64,000 bases of DNA. Origin: an uncultured bacterium. Lineage in GTDB: Bacteria > Nitrospirota > JACRHL01. The stretch is taken from assembly GCA_965371175.1 (NCBI GenBank), contig CBDUXI010000001.1, forward strand, positions 26,336 to 90,335. Reading direction: 5' to 3'. The translations under genes were made by a program, and so were the position numbers. Within the stretch, counting starts at the first letter, position 1, and every line of letters starts with the position of its first letter. Below, in pieces: positions 28,677-38,271 of the stretch. The notes beneath the pieces were generated by a model. It did not search any database. It worked only from the letters and a program-made list of their open reading frames with translations, and was not told the DNA's origin.

Positions 28677-29633
28677 GTGGGGCAGATTGTCGCCAGAAGC
28701 CGCCTGGAGGCGGTGCTTGCCGCAGGCCATTTTGCCGTGACCGCCGAGATGACCCCGCCGAAAAGCGCGGTCACCGAACCGCTGGTCAAAAAAGCCAGAA
28801 TGATGGGGCCGTATGTGGATGCGGTGAACCTCACCGACTGTCAGACGGCGGTGGTGCGCATGAGCTCACTGGCCTGCTCCTTAGTGGTACAGGACGAGGG
28901 GGTGGAGCCGGTGTTGCAGATGACCTGCCGGGACCGCAACCTGATCGGCATTCAGGCCGACCTGTTGGGGGCCTATGCCCTGGGCATGCGCAACCTGCTG
29001 GCCCTGTCGGGCGATTCCCCCCGCATTGGCGACCACCCGGAAGCCAAACCGGTGTTCGACATCAACTCGTTCAAGATGCTCAAGATGGTGCGGCTTATGC
29101 GCGAGACCGGCACCCTGGCCAACGGCAAGCCGATCAAGGTGGCCCCCAAATTCTTTCTGGGGGCGGCGTTCAACCCGGTATCGGTGAAGATGGAAGCCAT
29201 GGTCCGCAGGCTGGACAAAAAGGCCGCCAAGGGGGCCGAGTTTGTGCAGACCCAGATGATTTTTGACGTGGAAGGGTTTGCCGAACTGATGGAAATGGTG
29301 CGGGCGGAAGGCATCCACGAACGGGTGGCCATTCTGGCCGGGGTGGCGCCGCTCAAGAGCGTACGCATGGCCGAATACATGAACGCCCATGTGCCCGGAA
29401 TCAACGTGCCCGACCACCTGATCGAGCGCCTGAAAAAAGTGGACGATGGGGATCCTGAGCGGGTATTGGCCGAAGGGGTGGACATCTGCCTCGAGGTGAT
29501 TGAGGGGGTGCGGCAGATCGCCGGAGTGGCGGGAATCCACATTATGGCGGTATTCTGTGAAGACACCGTACCGGGCATTGTGGAGCGCGCCGGGCTGTTT
29601 CCACGGCCAAAAGTGGACTGGCGCCCCGCTTAG
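28677..29633 (+). CDS. metF: Methylenetetrahydrofolate reductase
   Basis: VTAEMTPP, QMTCRDRN, LALSGD, FVQTQMIFD, GIHIM. Confidence 0.88.
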   Translation: MGQIVARSRLEAVLAAGHFAVTAEMTPPKSAVTEPLVKKARMMGPYVDAVNLTDCQTAVVRMSSLACSLVVQDEGVEPVLQMTCRDRNLIGIQADLLGAYALGMRNLLALSGDSPRIGDHPEAKPVFDINSFKMLKMVRLMRETGTLANGKPIKVAPKFFLGAAFNPVSVKMEAMVRRLDKKAAKGAEFVQTQMIFDVEGFAELMEMVRAEGIHERVAILAGVAPLKSVRMAEYMNAHVPGINVPDHLIERLKKVDDGDPERVLAEGVDICLEVIEGVRQIAGVAGIHIMAVFCEDTVPGIVERAGLFPRPKVDWRPA

Positions 29634-29653
29634 GCCCGATTATGGGAGGCACT

Positions 29654-30454
29654 ATGTCACCCCTTACCATCACCGACATCATCAACAAGAAGACTCAGGG
29701 CGAGCGCATCGCCTCGGTCACTGCCTATGACTATCCGTCCGCAAAGCTGGCCGACGCCGCCGGGATGGATTTGATTTTAGTGGGTGATTCCCTGGGCGCG
29801 GTGGTGCAGGGGCACCAGACCACCCTGGCGGTCACCATGGAGCAGATGATCTACCACACTCAAATGGTGGTGCGCGGTACCGAACACGCGCTGGTGGTGG
29901 GCGATATGCCGTTCATGAGCTATCAGCAGAGCGTGGAAGCCGCGCTGGAAAACGCCGGCCGGTTTCTGGCCGAGGGTGCTGCCGCCGTGAAACTGGAAGG
30001 GGCCAGCGACGCGGCGCTTGCGCGGGTTGCCGCACTGGTCACCGCGGGCATTCCGGTCATGGGGCACGTGGGGCTGACCCCCCAGTCGGTGCACGCCATG
30101 GGCGGCTACCGGGTGCAGGGCCGGGGCCAGGCCGACGCCGAGCGCATCATTGCCGAGGCCCGGGCGTTGGAGAGTGCCGGGGCGTTTTCCATGATTCTGG
30201 AAGGGATACCGGAAAAGCTGGCCAAGCAGGTGACGGAAAGCGTATCCATCCCCACCATCGGCATTGGCGCGGGCATCCACTGCGACGGGCAGATACTGGT
30301 CTGGCACGACCTGTTGGGGCTGGGGGACGGCAACTACCCCAAATTCGTCAAGCCGTACGCCAATCTGTCCCGCACCATCAAAAAGGCACTCAAGGCCTAC
30401 GGGGCCGAGGTACGGGGCGGGGAATTTCCCGGTCCCGACCAGACCTATCACTAA
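29654..30454 (+). CDS. panB: 3-methyl-2-oxobutanoate hydroxymethyltransferase
   Basis: TAYDY, LVGDSLG, VKLEG, GHVGLTPQ, CDGQILV. Confidence 0.97.
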   Translation: MSPLTITDIINKKTQGERIASVTAYDYPSAKLADAAGMDLILVGDSLGAVVQGHQTTLAVTMEQMIYHTQMVVRGTEHALVVGDMPFMSYQQSVEAALENAGRFLAEGAAAVKLEGASDAALARVAALVTAGIPVMGHVGLTPQSVHAMGGYRVQGRGQADAERIIAEARALESAGAFSMILEGIPEKLAKQVTESVSIPTIGIGAGIHCDGQILVWHDLLGLGDGNYPKFVKPYANLSRTIKKALKAYGAEVRGGEFPGPDQTYH

Positions 30455-30477
30455 CCGCTTTCAGAGTAGATAAAAAA

Positions 30478-30774
30478 ATGGAATTAACCGGCAAACAGCG
30501 CCGTCATCTGCGCTCCCTCGCCAACCGGGTCAAGGCGACTGTGCATGTGGGTAAAGAGGGGGTGAGCGAGGCCATTCTTGCCGTGCTGGCCGCCGAGTTT
30601 ACACACCGGGAACTGGTGAAAATCTCCGTGAACCAGAACGCCGCCGAATCGGCGCGGGAGATGGGCCAGTCGCTTGCCGAAGCGGCAAACGCCCACTGGG
30701 TGCAGACCATCGGTCGCACGGTGGTGCTGTACCAGCCGCTGGACGAACCGGAAATCAAGCTACCGTCCGGATAG
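30478..30774 (+). CDS. yhbY: YhbY/CRM RNA-binding protein
   Basis: LTGKQRRHLRSLA, VGKEG, ELVKI, QTIGRTVVLY. Confidence 0.92.
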   Translation: MELTGKQRRHLRSLANRVKATVHVGKEGVSEAILAVLAAEFTHRELVKISVNQNAAESAREMGQSLAEAANAHWVQTIGRTVVLYQPLDEPEIKLPSG

Positions 30775-30778
30775 ACTC

Positions 30779-31351
30779 ATGAAACCGGTGTCTTTTGAAC
30801 AGGTGGTGGGGTTTCACGGCCATCGCTGTCTGGATATCGCCGTGGGCTACCGGGTGGCGCAGGCGGCAGCCGCCGCCATGGAACAGGCGGGGATTGACCC
30901 TTCCCGGATGGTGGCCACAGTGGGCAACGACACCTGCGCGGTGGATGCCATTCAGGCGGTCACCGGCTGCACGTTTGGCAAACGCAACCTGGTGCCACAG
31001 CTTACCGGCAAGCCCGCCTATACCGTGCAGGACGGGCAGACCGGCCACGGCGTGCGGATTTACGTGCATTACTGGGAGAGTTTTGACACGAACGGCACTT
31101 TCCGGGGGCGCATGAGCCAGTGGAAATCCGGCGCGCTGTCTGCCGCCGAGGCAAAAGCGTTTGAGGCGGAACACGAACAGGCCATCGAGGCGCTGCTGTC
31201 GATGCCGGAAGGTGAACTGTTCCGCATTACCCGAATCACCACCGCCCCGCCCCCCAAGTCCGGCGGCTTTGCCGCCGCCCCGTGCGAAAAGTGCGGCGAG
31301 TATGTGAAGGAAGAGATGTTAAGCGGCGGCGTTTGCGCCGAGTGCGGCTAA
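30779..31351 (+). CDS. FmdE/FwdE family protein with a C-terminal zinc finger
   Basis: FHGHRC, CAVDAIQAVTGCTFGKRNL, CEKCGE...CAEC. Confidence 0.88.
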   Translation: MKPVSFEQVVGFHGHRCLDIAVGYRVAQAAAAAMEQAGIDPSRMVATVGNDTCAVDAIQAVTGCTFGKRNLVPQLTGKPAYTVQDGQTGHGVRIYVHYWESFDTNGTFRGRMSQWKSGALSAAEAKAFEAEHEQAIEALLSMPEGELFRITRITTAPPPKSGGFAAAPCEKCGEYVKEEMLSGGVCAECG

Positions 31352-32673
31352 GCCGTATCCGACACGATTTTTTCTGCCGCATCCACGCCACTAGTTACCG
31401 CCCCCTCGATGGTGCACGGCAACCCCGTATCCGTGTAATCCCCCGCAAGATAAAGGCCGGGGTGGCCTTCCACCTGCCCCATGGGCGGGCGGGAAACACC
31501 GGGGGTTAGCCGCACCGTGGCGCGGCCTTCTCTGGATACGCGTGTATTTTCCAGATCGACTTTTTTCACCTGTGGGAAATAACGGGCCAGGTCATCCACG
31601 ATGGTTTTGGTGATCTCCGCCGCTTTGCACGCGGCCAGATCGTCGGCGGCGCTGGTGACCACGGCCAGTCTTCTGCCCCATTCGGCTTCGGGCTGCCCCG
31701 CCATGCGCGCCCGGTCGAAGAGCCATTCGCCGGGGCCACCCACAAGGCCCATGAACGGCGTCTCGCCCGCCCAGTTCGCCACCGGTCGGTCAAACCACAG
31801 GTAGACGTTCACGATTGGCGTAGGGCGAAAATTGCCGACCTGTTTTTTTAACGCCCCCGCAGGCAACAGCCCCGCCGCAGAAAACGGATCGGTGGCCAGC
31901 AGCACCCGGTTTGTTTTGATAACGCCGCTGGCGCTTTTCAGCCCGGTGACTCCTCCTTGTTTATTCAGCGTAATCCCGCTCACCCGCTCGTGCCGTATGC
32001 CGCTACCACGAGCGGCCAGGTATTCACGTAGCGAATGTCCCAGCAGTTTGCCCAGCCCGTTTTTGGCCCACCCCAGCCGGGCGTCCCGGGTGCTGCCCAG
32101 CAGGGCGATCTTTACCGCCGCCACAAACGGGGGGGCAGCCGCCTCGTCCACGGGCAAATTCATGATGGCCCGGCACAGGGGATCCCACAGCAGGCGCACG
32201 GTATTGCCGCTGGCCCCCGCGCTTTTTAACCAGTGGAGAACCGTGCCGTCCGTGGGGGGGGCTCCCCGGAGCCGGTGGCCGGTTTTCAGCAGGCTGATGC
32301 GGTCGGCGGCACCCATCCCTTTCATGCCAAGCAGCCCCGCCACCAGAGAAAACGGCGCAGGCAGAGGCGGGCAGGACAGCCCCAACTGTTTTTCCGGCGT
32401 ACGCAACGGCAGCACCATCCGGTGCTGGAAGGCAACCTGATCTTTCGTGCCAATCTTTTCCAGTAAATTCAGTGTCTTATGGTAGCAGCCCATGAGCAGG
32501 TGCGGGCCGTTATCCAGCGCCTCTCCCGTGGCCTTGTCGATGAATGACGAGGCCCGCCCCCCCGGTGCATCCCGCGCCTCCCACACGGTCACGGGAATGC
32601 CCCGGTCTGCCAGATGCACGGCAGCGGCGGCCCCGGCAAAACCACCGCCGATCACATGGACCGGCGCTTTCAC
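31348..32673 (-). CDS. hpnE: Hydroxysqualene dehydroxylase
   Basis: GGGFAG FAD motif, GGRASSF, DNGPHLLMGCY, LAGDYT...TIEGAV. Follows hpnCD with a GTGA overlap. Confidence 0.88.
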   Translation of the reverse strand: MKAPVHVIGGGFAGAAAAVHLADRGIPVTVWEARDAPGGRASSFIDKATGEALDNGPHLLMGCYHKTLNLLEKIGTKDQVAFQHRMVLPLRTPEKQLGLSCPPLPAPFSLVAGLLGMKGMGAADRISLLKTGHRLRGAPPTDGTVLHWLKSAGASGNTVRLLWDPLCRAIMNLPVDEAAAPPFVAAVKIALLGSTRDARLGWAKNGLGKLLGHSLREYLAARGSGIRHERVSGITLNKQGGVTGLKSASGVIKTNRVLLATDPFSAAGLLPAGALKKQVGNFRPTPIVNVYLWFDRPVANWAGETPFMGLVGGPGEWLFDRARMAGQPEAEWGRRLAVVTSAADDLAACKAAEITKTIVDDLARYFPQVKKVDLENTRVSREGRATVRLTPGVSRPPMGQVEGHPGLYLAGDYTDTGLPCTIEGAVTSGVDAAEKIVSDTA

Positions 32674-33566
32674 CACCGGTTCAGGATGTGGTCCACCCAG
32701 GCGGTGCCCGCCAGCCACAGCTTTCTGGGGGTCGAAAGCGATACCGGCGGATCGGTGCGGAATCCCCGCTCAGACAATTCCACCAGCAGCGCCCGGTAAA
32801 TTACCCCCATGATGCGCGCAGGCAGCAAGGCCTTGCGGTCAGAAACAGGCAGGGCGCGAGCGATGGTGGCGGCCTGCTGGTAGCTTTGTTCGGCCCGCTC
32901 GCACTCAAACGCCATTAACTTTATAAATTCCGGGGAGTGACGGCCCGCCAGAATATCCGCCGTGGAAACCCCGAATTTCTCCAGATCGCTCTGGGGCAGA
33001 TAGACCCGGCCAATGGCGGCATCTTTTGCCACGTCGCGGACGATGTTGGTTAGTTGCAGCGCCTGACCGTTGGCGATGGCAAACTTGTCGGCATCCGGGT
33101 GGGCACAGCCGAACACCTTGATGCACATGAGCCCCACGACACCCGCCACCAGATAGCAGTAGCGGGCCAGGGCGTCAAAATCTGCATGGCGCACTTCGCC
33201 CAAGTCCATGGCCATGCCGTCCAGCAGTTCAAACGGCAGCTTGGGGTCGATATCAAATTCCGTGATTACCTCCGCCAGCCTGCAGGAGATGGGGTGGGTG
33301 CCGTTTCCGGCCAAAGCCGCTTCGCACTCCTTGCGCCACTGGTCCAGATTGCGTGCGGCGATTTTCTGGTCCGGCTCGTCGTCGACAATGTCGTCCGCAT
33401 GGCGGCAGAAGGCATAAATGACAAACAACGCGTCCCGGCGCGCCTTGGGCAGGGGCAAAAAAGCGTAATAAAAATTGGACCCCGCCGCCCGGGTCACGGC
33501 GGTGCAGTAGGCTTGTGGATCGCCCGCGAGCAAATCGGTGTGGATATCGGGCCGTGCGTCAGGCAT
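32670..33566 (-). CDS. hpnD: Presqualene diphosphate synthase
   Basis: SNFYYAF, YAFCRHADDIVD, LQLTNIVRDV..D...GRVYLP. Confidence 0.9.
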   Translation of the reverse strand: MPDARPDIHTDLLAGDPQAYCTAVTRAAGSNFYYAFLPLPKARRDALFVIYAFCRHADDIVDDEPDQKIAARNLDQWRKECEAALAGNGTHPISCRLAEVITEFDIDPKLPFELLDGMAMDLGEVRHADFDALARYCYLVAGVVGLMCIKVFGCAHPDADKFAIANGQALQLTNIVRDVAKDAAIGRVYLPQSDLEKFGVSTADILAGRHSPEFIKLMAFECERAEQSYQQAATIARALPVSDRKALLPARIMGVIYRALLVELSERGFRTDPPVSLSTPRKLWLAGTAWVDHILNRW

Positions 33567-34455
33567 GGGCGTGGAGTGGCCGGTACACCCGGTTGAACTG
33601 CCCCGGCACCAGCGCCGCGGACAGAAAGCGCAACCGGTCCGAGGTGCCGTGGGCGGGACGGGCGGCAAATACGTTGTAATCGGACCGCTCCACCGCGTCC
33701 AGAATACCCATGCCCCCCAGCCAGATGGCTTTCAATTCAAACGCCAGCCGCCCGGAAACGGCAGTGCACAGGGGCCGCCCGTCCTGAAACAATGCGCGGG
33801 TGCGGCTCACCTGAAACGCCATTAAATCCCGAAAGGCGTCGCTCATATGGCCGTTCAGCACGTCGTTTTCGGTCACGCCAAAGCGGGCCATGTCGTCCGT
33901 GGGCAGGTAGATGCGGTCTTTTTTTGCGTCCACCGCCACGTCCTGCCAGAAGTTGGCCAGTTGCAGGGCGGTGCAGATGGCGTCCGACCAGTCCATATAC
34001 CGTTCCTGCCGGTAGCCAAACAACATCAGGACGATGCGCCCCACCGGATCGGCAGAGCGGCGGCAGTAGTCCTGCACCTGCTCGAAATTTTGATAGCGGC
34101 TGACCGTCACGTCCTGCCGAAAGGCCGAGAGCAGGTCGAAAAAAGGCGTTTCCGGCAGGTCGAACGCGTGCACCGTGTGGGCCACGGCGGCAAGCACCGG
34201 GTTATGGGTATGACCTGCTATGGCCTGCTTGAACTGGCGTTCCCACGCGCCAATCCGGGCGGTTCTGCGACCGGAAAAACGGGCCTCATCGGCAAAGTCG
34301 TCGGCCCGTCTGGCAAAGGCGTATACGGCGCACACATGGGGCCGCAGGCGCTTCGGGATCAGTACCGAAGCCACCGGAAAGTTCTCGTAGTGGCGGCGTG
34401 CAATGCCGGCGCAGTGGGCGTATGCCCCCGCCAGATGGTGTGGAACAGAAGTCAT
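33559..34455 (-). CDS. hpnC: Hydroxysqualene synthase
   Basis: HYENFPVAS, FARRADDFADE, YCRRSADPVGR, LQLANFWQD. Confidence 0.93.
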   Translation of the reverse strand: MTSVPHHLAGAYAHCAGIARRHYENFPVASVLIPKRLRPHVCAVYAFARRADDFADEARFSGRRTARIGAWERQFKQAIAGHTHNPVLAAVAHTVHAFDLPETPFFDLLSAFRQDVTVSRYQNFEQVQDYCRRSADPVGRIVLMLFGYRQERYMDWSDAICTALQLANFWQDVAVDAKKDRIYLPTDDMARFGVTENDVLNGHMSDAFRDLMAFQVSRTRALFQDGRPLCTAVSGRLAFELKAIWLGGMGILDAVERSDYNVFAARPAHGTSDRLRFLSAALVPGQFNRVYRPLHAHA

Positions 34456-34466
34456 GAAACCGGTCT

Positions 34467-34495
34467 TTTATAAGGGTGTACGGGGGGCGTGTCAA
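34467..34495 (-). promoter_or_regulatory. Near-consensus sigma70 promoter of hpnCDE
   Basis: TTGACA-17 nt-TATAAA, ending 11 nt upstream of the hpnC ATG. Confidence 0.65.
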
Positions 34496-34630
34496 TATAT
34501 GTGCCGCTGGCGCTACGGGCGGACGACGCTTGCCCCGACGGGGCGGCACCTGTTAACTTTCGTATGTTTTACTCCCTGATTATGCCAGAGATACGGCGGT
34601 CGGCGGGCTTTAAGGAGAGCGGGCGGACAC

Positions 34631-35812
34631 ATGCGCAACCTGTGGGTTCATATCACCGGACCGGACCGTCCGGGCATTCTGGGCAAGGTGCTTGAGGGAG
34701 TGGCCGACCTGAACCTGACGCTCACCGACGTAGAGCAGGTGGCGGTGGCCGATCGCCTGATTCTGGCCCTCGCGGTAGAGCCGCCGGACGATCTGCCCGG
34801 CACCCATGAGGCGCTGGCTTTTATGGGGCAGGAACTGGGTCTGTCGGTGGAGTTGCGCGACGAGGTGCGCGCCGACCGTCCGGACGGCCACACCGATCTG
34901 GTCATTACCGTACTGGGGGAGCCGGTGAACGCCGGGGCACTGGCTGCCGTGGGGACTATCCTGGCGGATCTCGGGGCCAACATCCGCCGCATCGAAACCC
35001 TGGCCCGCCGTCGCCTGCATTGCGTGGAGCTGCTGGCCACGGCGCCGGAGGAAAAACGCAAGGAGCTCAAGCGCGCCCTGCTTGCCATCAGCGGCAAGTT
35101 CGATGTGGACATATCAGTCCAGCCGGAGGGGCTGGATCGCCGGGCCAAGCGCATGGTGGTGATGGATGTGGACTCCACCCTGATTCAGGGGGAGCAGATC
35201 GATGAACTGGCCATCCTTGCGGGAGTGGGCGAAAAGGTGGTGGACATCACCCACCGGGCCATGAACGGTGAGCTGGACTTTGTGAGCGCGCTCAAGGAAC
35301 GGGTGGCGTTGCTTGCAGGGTTGCCGGTTGCGGAGCTTCCCAAGGTACGGGACAAGCTGCCGTACAGTCCGGGTGTGCGCCCGATGGTGCAGGTGCTCAA
35401 GGACATGGGCTACAAAATTGCCATCCTGTCCGGCGGGTTTAACTATTTTGTGGATCAGTTCAAGGAGGAGTTGGGCCTCGATTACGCCTACGCCAACGAA
35501 CTGGAAGTGGCGGATGGCAAACTCACCGGGCGCACGCTGGGTCCCATTGTGGACGGCCAGCGCAAGAAGGAACTGGTAAAAGAGATTGCCGCAGCCGAAG
35601 GCATCCGCCTGGATCAGGTTATCGCCATTGGCGACGGCGCCAACGACCTGCCGATGATGGGTACCGCAGGACTTGGCATCGCCTTCAACGCCAAGCCGCG
35701 GGTGCGGGAACAGGCGCCCCACAGCATCAACCGGAAGGGGCTGGACACCATCCTGTTTTTGCTGGGTATTCGCGAAGAGGAAATCGAGCGCGTAGAAAAC
35801 CGGATGAGGTAA
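34631..35812 (+). CDS. serB: Phosphoserine phosphatase with two ACT domains
   Basis: GPDRPGI, the HAD motif MDVDSTL, SGGF, GDGANDL. Confidence 0.95.
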   Translation: MRNLWVHITGPDRPGILGKVLEGVADLNLTLTDVEQVAVADRLILALAVEPPDDLPGTHEALAFMGQELGLSVELRDEVRADRPDGHTDLVITVLGEPVNAGALAAVGTILADLGANIRRIETLARRRLHCVELLATAPEEKRKELKRALLAISGKFDVDISVQPEGLDRRAKRMVVMDVDSTLIQGEQIDELAILAGVGEKVVDITHRAMNGELDFVSALKERVALLAGLPVAELPKVRDKLPYSPGVRPMVQVLKDMGYKIAILSGGFNYFVDQFKEELGLDYAYANELEVADGKLTGRTLGPIVDGQRKKELVKEIAAAEGIRLDQVIAIGDGANDLPMMGTAGLGIAFNAKPRVREQAPHSINRKGLDTILFLLGIREEEIERVENRMR

Positions 35813-35872
35813 ACTACCCGTACGGGTATGGGTGCGCCCGAAAAAGCACCGTGACCAGCAAAGAGCACCCCC

Positions 35873-37408
35873 ATGCCGCGCACCATCCGCATATTCGACA
35901 CCACGTTACGAGACGGCGAGCAGTGTCCCGGCGCCAGCATGAACCGGGAAGAAAAACTGGCCATGGCCAAGCAGCTTGCGCGCCTGAAGGTCGACGTGAT
36001 CGAGGCGGGGTTTCCCGCCGCCTCCGACGATGACTTTGCCGGGGTCCACGACATTGCCGAACAGGTGCAGGGGCCAATCATTGCGGGCCTTGCGCGGGCC
36101 TTGCCAAAAGATGTGAAGCGCGCCGGAGAGGCCATTGCTCCCGCAGCGCGTCGCCGCATCCATACCTTTATTGCCACCAGCCCCATCCACATGGAACACA
36201 AGCTGCGGATGACCCCGGAGCAGGTGCTTAAGCAGGCCGTGGCGGCAGTCAAACAGGCCAGGGAATATACCGACGACGTGGAGTTTTCCGCCGAGGACGC
36301 GGTGCGTTCCGACATGGATTTTCTGTGCCGCGTCACCGAGGCGGTGATTGATGCCGGGGCTGGTACCGTCAATATTCCCGATACCGTGGGGTATGCCATT
36401 CCGGGTGAATTCGGCGACCTCATTGCCGAACTCATGAATCGGGTGCCCAACGTGGACCGAGCGGTGATTTCGGTCCATTGCCACAACGATCTGGGGCTGG
36501 CCGTGGCCAATTCTCTTGCGGCGGTAGCCGCAGGCGCGGGCCAGGTGGAGTGCACCGTGAACGGCATTGGCGAGCGGGCCGGAAACGCCTCGCTGGAAGA
36601 GATTGTCATGGCGCTCAAGGTGCGTCGCGACTTACTGGATGCCGAGTGTGGCATAGATACCACCGAAATCATCCGTGCCAGCCGCTTGCTCACCGCCATC
36701 ACCGGCATGGTGGTGCAGCCCAACAAGGCCATTGTGGGGGGCAACGCCTTCGCCCATGAGTCGGGCATCCATCAGGACGGCTTGCTCAAGCACAAGTCCA
36801 CCTACGAGATTATGACGCCGGAGTCCGTGGGGCTCACCGAGCACAATCTGGTACTGGGCAAGCATTCCGGGCGGCACGCTTTTAAAAACAAGCTGTCCGA
36901 ATTGGGGTATGAACTGGATGACGAAGAGTTGACCCGTGCGTTTGCCCGCTTCAAAAAGCTGGCCGACCAGAAAAAAGAGATGTTCGAGGAAGATCTGGAT
37001 GCCATCGTGGCCGATGAAACTCACCGCATCCCGGAAACCTTCGCCCTGGTGGCGCTTTGCGCCGTGAGCGACACCACCCGTCCGCCCACGGCCAAAGTGA
37101 GCCTGACGGTGGCGGGCAAGGCCAAAAGCGGCGAGTCTGAAGGGGACGGCCCGGTGGATGCCGCCTATAAGGCGATTCGCGCACTCACCGGCTCCCGTTC
37201 GAAGTTGTCGGCCTATATTGTTCAGGCCATCTCCGGCGGCACCGATGCCCAGGGCAGCGTGACCGTAAAACTGGAAGACGGCGGCCGTGTGTTCACCGGT
37301 CAGGGGGCCGATCCGGACATCGTGGTGGCCTCGGCCCGGGCGTACATCAACGCCTTGAACAAGGCCGATTACTGGGCCAAATCCCGCAGCCGAAAAGGCG
37401 GGCCGTAA
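35873..37408 (+). CDS. leuA: 2-isopropylmalate synthase
   Basis: [34 protein letters not shown], regulatory domain GDGPVDA. Confidence 0.96.
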   Translation: MPRTIRIFDTTLRDGEQCPGASMNREEKLAMAKQLARLKVDVIEAGFPAASDDDFAGVHDIAEQVQGPIIAGLARALPKDVKRAGEAIAPAARRRIHTFIATSPIHMEHKLRMTPEQVLKQAVAAVKQAREYTDDVEFSAEDAVRSDMDFLCRVTEAVIDAGAGTVNIPDTVGYAIPGEFGDLIAELMNRVPNVDRAVISVHCHNDLGLAVANSLAAVAAGAGQVECTVNGIGERAGNASLEEIVMALKVRRDLLDAECGIDTTEIIRASRLLTAITGMVVQPNKAIVGGNAFAHESGIHQDGLLKHKSTYEIMTPESVGLTEHNLVLGKHSGRHAFKNKLSELGYELDDEELTRAFARFKKLADQKKEMFEEDLDAIVADETHRIPETFALVALCAVSDTTRPPTAKVSLTVAGKAKSGESEGDGPVDAAYKAIRALTGSRSKLSAYIVQAISGGTDAQGSVTVKLEDGGRVFTGQGADPDIVVASARAYINALNKADYWAKSRSRKGGP

Positions 37409-37527
37409 CGCACCGGGTGTGGCGAAATTTCGCTTTTCCGGTTTCCCAACCGGCCGCTTCTTCCTATAATGCAGGCACTTAAGGCCAGAAACCTGATCGT
37501 GTCAAAGTCCGTGTAAGGAACCCGACC

Positions 37528-38244
37528 ATGTACCCCATCCCCGAGGACCGCGAGAAGCCGGTCCAGGAAATGTTCAGCTCCATCGCCAGGCGTTACGACC
37601 TGAACAACACCCTGTTGTCGTTCGGGTTGCATCACCTGTGGAAAGAGCGGGCCGTGCGGCTGGCAAACCTGCCGTACGGGGGCAGGGCCGCCGACCTGTG
37701 TGCCGGCACCTGTGATATTGCCGCCATCATGGCCCGCAGAATGGGGCCGGGCGGCCATGTGGATGCCCTGGATTTGAACGCCGAAATGCTGGCCGTGGGC
37801 GAGGACAAAATCAAGAAGGCCGGGCTTTCCAGCCGGGTGACGGTGACCCACGGCAACATGGAAGACCTGCCGTTCGAGTCAAACAGTTATGACGCCGCCA
37901 CGGTGGGGTTCGGCGTCCGCAACGTGGTGGATCGGGAACAGGCGTTTACGGAAATGTGCCGCATTTTAAAACCGGGCGGCAGAGCCGTCTGTCTGGAGTT
38001 TTCAAAACCGGTCAATCCCACCTTGGGAAAGCTGTATAACTTCTATAATTTCAAGGTGTTGCCAAAGATAGGAACCGTGGTGTCCAAAGACCTCACCCGG
38101 GTATATGAGTACCTGCCCACCTCCATCGCCGCGTTTCCCCCCCAGAGAGACCTGGCCGAGATGATGCGAAAATGCGGTTTTTCCCACGTCACCTACGAAA
38201 ACCTGTGCGGCGGCATTGTGGCCCTGCACGTGGGGGTGAAATAA
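37528..38244 (+). CDS. ubiE: UbiE/MenG family quinone C-methyltransferase
   Basis: MFSSIARRYDLNN..LSFGLHHLWK, DLCAGT, FGVRNV, LEFSKP, YEYLPTSI. Confidence 0.9.
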   Translation: MYPIPEDREKPVQEMFSSIARRYDLNNTLLSFGLHHLWKERAVRLANLPYGGRAADLCAGTCDIAAIMARRMGPGGHVDALDLNAEMLAVGEDKIKKAGLSSRVTVTHGNMEDLPFESNSYDAATVGFGVRNVVDREQAFTEMCRILKPGGRAVCLEFSKPVNPTLGKLYNFYNFKVLPKIGTVVSKDLTRVYEYLPTSIAAFPPQRDLAEMMRKCGFSHVTYENLCGGIVALHVGVK

Positions 38245-38271
38245 CCCGGTCGGTCGCGCTCGGAACTCACC

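Noticed and set aside
35813-35872. Leucine attenuator upstream of leuA
   Set aside because: The spacer is only 60 nt, with no Leu-rich leader peptide or terminator.
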